Below are positions 60,387 to 64,000 of a DNA stretch of 64,000 bases, piece after piece. Position 1 is the stretch's first letter. Every line of letters begins with the position of its first letter. The DNA is from Prochlorococcus sp. AG-355-B18 (GTDB lineage Bacteria > Cyanobacteriota > Cyanobacteriia > PCC-6307 > Cyanobiaceae): assembly GCA_003280965.1 (NCBI GenBank), contig QCDI01000001.1:160001-224000 (forward strand). Direction: 5' to 3'. The notes below the pieces were generated by a model. It searched no databases. It was given only the letters and a program-made list of their open reading frames with translations, and was not told the origin of the DNA. A program made the translations under genes and the position numbers.

Positions 60387-60824
60387 TTGCTAGTTTATAT
60401 TAAGTTGAAATTACAAAAAGGAAATTTTTTCTTGATTATATTAATATCTATTTTTCTTCCAATAATTATTTTTATTGCTCCAGTAAATGTAAAAGCTATC
60501 CAAGGTAATTTAGATTTATCGAGTGCTCAAACTTCTGTAGGCAAAAGATTTGCTAAAGTTTTTTGTGATGCTAAGAGGGAAGGATTAGATTCTGATTTTG
60601 CTAGTGAATATGCTTTGAATAATACATATCTAAAATTTGTAGCATTTCCAGACGACGACGAATATTTGGACAATTTATGGAACTTTACTCACAACAATAT
60701 ATTAGATAATTGTGGTGAATTTGTAGATATAAATGATTTAAAAGACCTAGAGATTTTTTTTAAAGAAGAGGGTTTAATTGCATCAAATAGGGAACTTTAT
60801 TTACCAACTTTTGAGAATAATTAG
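60387..60824 (+). CDS. Hypothetical exported protein (start uncertain)
   Basis: Hydrophobic signal followed by a Cys-pair domain. Confidence 0.55.
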   Translation: MLVYIKLKLQKGNFFLIILISIFLPIIIFIAPVNVKAIQGNLDLSSAQTSVGKRFAKVFCDAKREGLDSDFASEYALNNTYLKFVAFPDDDEYLDNLWNFTHNNILDNCGEFVDINDLKDLEIFFKEEGLIASNRELYLPTFENN

Positions 60825-60871
60825 ATTAAATTTTTAGCATGTACTAAAATATAAATAGAATATGAAATTTT

Positions 60872-61279
60872 ATGAAACTATTAGGTTTAAATTCACCTGA
60901 AATATTCATAATTTTAATCATTTTGCTCTCAATTTTAGGGACAAAAAGAATTGAAAAAGGTTTCTTATTATTCAAAAAACTATTAAAGTATCTTTTAAGT
61001 AAAGAAGAAAATCAAACTTTAGAAAATTCAGAAGTAAAATCAGAGGAACCAGAAGAAAGTGAAGTTAAGGAAGAAACAATAGATGCAGAAGTAAAATCGG
61101 AGGAACCAGAAGAAAGTGAAGTTAAGGAAGAAACAATAGATGCAGAAGTAAAATCGGAGGAACCAGAAGAAAGTGAAGTTAAGGAAGAAACAATAGATGC
61201 AGAAGTAAAATCAGTTAAACCTAAAAAAAAGTCAGTTAAAGATGAAATAATTGACGTAGAAGTGGATTCTGATAATTAA
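60872..61279 (+). CDS. TatA/B-like N-terminus with acidic repeat tail
   Basis: LGLNSPEIFIILIILLSILGTKR followed by an amphipathic helix and Glu-rich repeats. Confidence 0.6.
   Translation: MKLLGLNSPEIFIILIILLSILGTKRIEKGFLLFKKLLKYLLSKEENQTLENSEVKSEEPEESEVKEETIDAEVKSEEPEESEVKEETIDAEVKSEEPEESEVKEETIDAEVKSVKPKKKSVKDEIIDVEVDSDN
61031..61213 (+). repeat. Near-perfect 57-bp tandem repeat, about 3.2 copies (EVKSEEPEESEVKEETIDA)
   Basis: Units start at 61031, 61088 and 61145, partial copy at 61202; one a/g difference among the full copies. Confidence 0.95.
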
Positions 61280-61419
61280 TAGGATTTAGAATTAAATTTA
61301 ATATATTAGACAGGGTTAATTCCAAAACCTATATATTTTGGAGAATAATTTAGTTATTTTTTAATCCAATATAAAAGGTTTTGTTTCTAATTTTTTTAAA
61401 TTGAATTATCAATAGATTG

Positions 61420-61899
61420 TTATGAATCTAACGCCACTTCAATAGCTGCGACTAAGTTTTCGTCAAATGGTTTAACGCCTGGTTTAAATCTTGCAATTAC
61501 TTTACTATCTTTACCTATTAAAAACTTCTCAAAATTCCATTCAACGTCTCCCTCAGGTTCAACTTTGTTTAGAGTTGTGTATGGTTCTGTGGTATTTCCT
61601 TTTGCATGAACTTTTTCATAGATTTCAAATTTGACGCCAAATTTTGTAGTGCAGAAATCTTTTATTTCTGAAAGAGAGTCGGGTTCTTGTTTCCCAAAAT
61701 CATTACATGGGAATGCAAGAATCCTTAGACCTTTGCTTGAATATAAATCATGTAGCTTTTGAAGATCATCATACTGCGCAGTATTTCCGCAGTAACTTGC
61801 TACATTAACCACTAAGATAACTTCCCCTGAGTATTCACCAAGCTTTATAGATGATCCGTCTGCTGAAATAACAGTAGTATTTTGTACGTCAACTTGCAT
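61420..61899 (-). CDS. gpx: Glutathione peroxidase family protein
   Basis: NVASYCG, FPCNDFGKQE, WNFEKFL. Confidence 0.93.
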   Translation of the reverse strand: MQVDVQNTTVISADGSSIKLGEYSGEVILVVNVASYCGNTAQYDDLQKLHDLYSSKGLRILAFPCNDFGKQEPDSLSEIKDFCTTKFGVKFEIYEKVHAKGNTTEPYTTLNKVEPEGDVEWNFEKFLIGKDSKVIARFKPGVKPFDENLVAAIEVALDS

Positions 61900-62044
61900 G
61901 TCTTAAAAATATTGCTTCTTGAAGATAACATTGTATGGCCTTTTTTGTGTTCAAATTACCTGATGATTTTGGTTATTTCTTTTATAAGTTTTAATTTTTC
62001 ATTTCTTTAACCCTCTATAATTAGTATTATTAGTTAGTTTAAAT

Positions 62045-62287
62045 TTGGACCCTTTAGACCCACTTACTGAAATTATTAATTCCGGTCAAGGTTTTTCACC
62101 TGCAATTGCTTTAGAAAGAATTATTTGGGCAATTATTGGAGTATTTTTTTTAGGAGCAATTTCAACATCTATAACAAATAGCATGAGAAGTCAAAATTGG
62201 TTTGGTATAAAATCTTTATTAAGTTATTCCAAAGATAAAAAAATTACAGATGATTCATCTTCGAAACCTTCTAATCATGATGAATAA
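62045..62287 (+). CDS. Hypothetical single-TM protein
   Basis: 80-aa ORF, TTG start, immediately upstream of purT. Confidence 0.55.
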   Translation: MDPLDPLTEIINSGQGFSPAIALERIIWAIIGVFFLGAISTSITNSMRSQNWFGIKSLLSYSKDKKITDDSSSKPSNHDE

Positions 62288-62298
62288 GTTCTATAAAT

Positions 62299-63474
62299 AT
62301 GAAAGATTCAATTTTTTCTAATAAAAGAATTTTATTGCTTGGTAGTGGAGAGCTCGGGAAAGAATTAGTAATTGAATCCAAAAGATTAGGATTAGAAGTT
62401 ATTGCAATTGATCGATATGAAAAGGCACCTGCAATGCAAGTAGCTGATTATTCAAGAGTAATTGATATGGGAGATAAAAATATCTTAAAAAATGTTATAA
62501 AAGAATTTAAACCTGATTATGTTGTCCCTGAAATAGAGGCACTTTCAATTGAAGCCTTAAAAGAATTAGAGGATGAAGGATTCAATATCGTTCCAAACGC
62601 CAGAACTGTAGAAATAACAATGAATAGAGATAAAATTAGAGACTTAGCTTCTAGAGATTTAAAAATAAAAACTGCAAAGTTTGATTATATTTTTGAATCT
62701 GATGATTTACAAAAAAAAGCAGATGAAATTGGATTTCCACTTTTACTGAAGCCTTTAATGAGCTCTTCAGGTAAGGGACAGAGTTTGGTTGAAACAAAAA
62801 ATGATTTACAAAATGCCTGGAAACAGGCACAAGTAAATTCAAGAGGAAAGGTTAAAGGTGTAATTATTGAAGAATTTATTAAGTTTGATTTTGAGTTTAC
62901 TCTCTTAACTGTAAGAAAAGAAAACGGTGAAAATATTTTTTGTTTACCAATTGGACATCTTCAATCTAATGGAGACTATCAATGTAGTTGGCAACCTATA
63001 GAGATCAACGAGTCCCTAATTATTGAAGCTAAAAGAATGACAAGTAGAATATTAAATAACCTTAATGGAGCTGGATTATACGGAGTAGAGTTTTTTATAA
63101 AAGGAAATGAGGTTATATTTTCAGAATTATCTCCAAGACCACATGACACCGGTATGGTTACATTAGTTAGTCAAAATATTAATGAATTTGAATTACATTT
63201 AAGGGCTTTTTTAAATTTACCAATACCGTATATAGATCTAATAGAACCCTCTGCAACCAGAGTTATACTTTCTAATCAAGAGTGTAATAATCCTATTTAT
63301 GAGGGTCTTAATGAAGCATTAGAAGTTGAAAAAACTAAAGTACTAATATTTGGCAAACCAGTTTCCAGAAAAGGCAGAAGAATGGGTGTTGTTCTCTCAT
63401 CAAATTCCGACATTAATTTGGCCAGAAAAAATGCAGATGAAGCTGCTCGTAAAATAAAAGTCAGTTCTAAATAA
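62299..63474 (+). CDS. purT: Formate-dependent GAR transformylase
   Basis: LLGSGELGKE, MSSSGKGQS, SPRPHDTG, RRMGV. Confidence 0.96.
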   Translation: MKDSIFSNKRILLLGSGELGKELVIESKRLGLEVIAIDRYEKAPAMQVADYSRVIDMGDKNILKNVIKEFKPDYVVPEIEALSIEALKELEDEGFNIVPNARTVEITMNRDKIRDLASRDLKIKTAKFDYIFESDDLQKKADEIGFPLLLKPLMSSSGKGQSLVETKNDLQNAWKQAQVNSRGKVKGVIIEEFIKFDFEFTLLTVRKENGENIFCLPIGHLQSNGDYQCSWQPIEINESLIIEAKRMTSRILNNLNGAGLYGVEFFIKGNEVIFSELSPRPHDTGMVTLVSQNINEFELHLRAFLNLPIPYIDLIEPSATRVILSNQECNNPIYEGLNEALEVEKTKVLIFGKPVSRKGRRMGVVLSSNSDINLARKNADEAARKIKVSSK

Positions 63475-63567
63475 ATATTAAATAAAAATAACGAAAAAAA
63501 TACTTATTTCCTTAGTTTTTGTTCTCTGTTTCTCTGGGTATTATTTGAGTATGTTCTCTCTTTCTCA

Positions 63568-63768
63568 ATGATAGAAAATTATAAAGGTTGGGAAATAACT
63601 TTAAATTGGGATAATAAAGTTTATCTCGAAAGGGATATTACTAAAAGTAATTTTTTTAACCAAAAGGAAAAATGGATTGGTGTCCACATAAATGGTAAAA
63701 AAATTTATGGTTCTTCTTTAAAAGAAATTAGGCATATCATTGATTATCCTAGTTTGCATACGAAGTAG
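63568..63768 (+). CDS. Hypothetical protein
   Basis: 66-aa ORF. Confidence 0.45.
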   Translation: MIENYKGWEITLNWDNKVYLERDITKSNFFNQKEKWIGVHINGKKIYGSSLKEIRHIIDYPSLHTK

Positions 63769-63783
63769 GTTAAAAGACTTTTT

Positions 63784-63945
63784 TTAATTATCCTGATTAT
63801 TTTCATTATCTTGAATTAGTTCATTAGCAAGTTTTCTTAAATCTCCCTTAATTGAGACCCAAGTAAAAGCGATTATAAAAATTGAAGCAGATATTGCAAC
63901 AGTGATTTTTTCGATAGGGGACATTCCAAGTGCAATAGCAAACAT
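63784..63945 (-). CDS. Small single-TM protein (53 aa)
   Basis: MFAIALGMSPIEKITVAISASIFIIAFTWVSIKGDLRKLANELIQDNENNQDN. Confidence 0.55.
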   Translation of the reverse strand: MFAIALGMSPIEKITVAISASIFIIAFTWVSIKGDLRKLANELIQDNENNQDN

Positions 63946-64000
63946 TTCAAATCAAATAACAATTTTTTATTATATTAAATTTTTTTAGATAGTTTAAATA

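Noticed and set aside
61031..61213. Regular repeats as a possible CRISPR array
   Set aside because: Head-to-tail in-frame coding repeats with no unique spacers and no cas genes
61420..61899. Selenocysteine in the glutathione peroxidase
   Set aside because: The active-site residue is an ordinary Cys (NVASYCG) and the frame has no internal TGA

Overview
AT-rich cyanobacterial chromosomal segment. Gene content, order and composition strongly suggest a high-light-adapted Prochlorococcus. Bases 1-35 kb are mostly core genes: sasA (partial), tRNA-Glu, petH, zwf-opcA, cobB, crtE, folD, leuA, GH57, crtL, gyrA, guaB, the Yfr1 sRNA, trxA-hisH-rsmD, petG, cytM, chlI, ruvC, sufE, hom and a peptide ABC pair. 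At 35.8-39.1 kb is a circularly permuted ATP-grasp / alpha-E / transglutaminase operon with no Anbu gene, preceded by a perfect GTA-N8-TAC (NtcA-type) box. At 40.1-40.4 kb is a candidate ~310-nt structured transcript containing a 29-codon ORF. At 40.7-46.9 kb is a Zur-type metal-uptake cluster (WD40, CobW/COG0523, znuA, znuC, zur, znuB), in which ZnuA and CobW appear to share a ~110-130 aa inserted domain (FEWxG...DPxM...FTxHxxxEF). Bases 46.9-64 kb are accessory and rich in small ORFs. They include tandem Yfr10/Yfr2-like sRNAs, a Psb34-like protein, a solo Nif11 domain, a doubly frameshifted fibrillin, a membrane-anchored Mrr-like nuclease, dusB, gpx and purT. No CRISPR array, rRNA, integrase or transposase was seen. 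All family assignments are from motif recognition by eye, not database searches.
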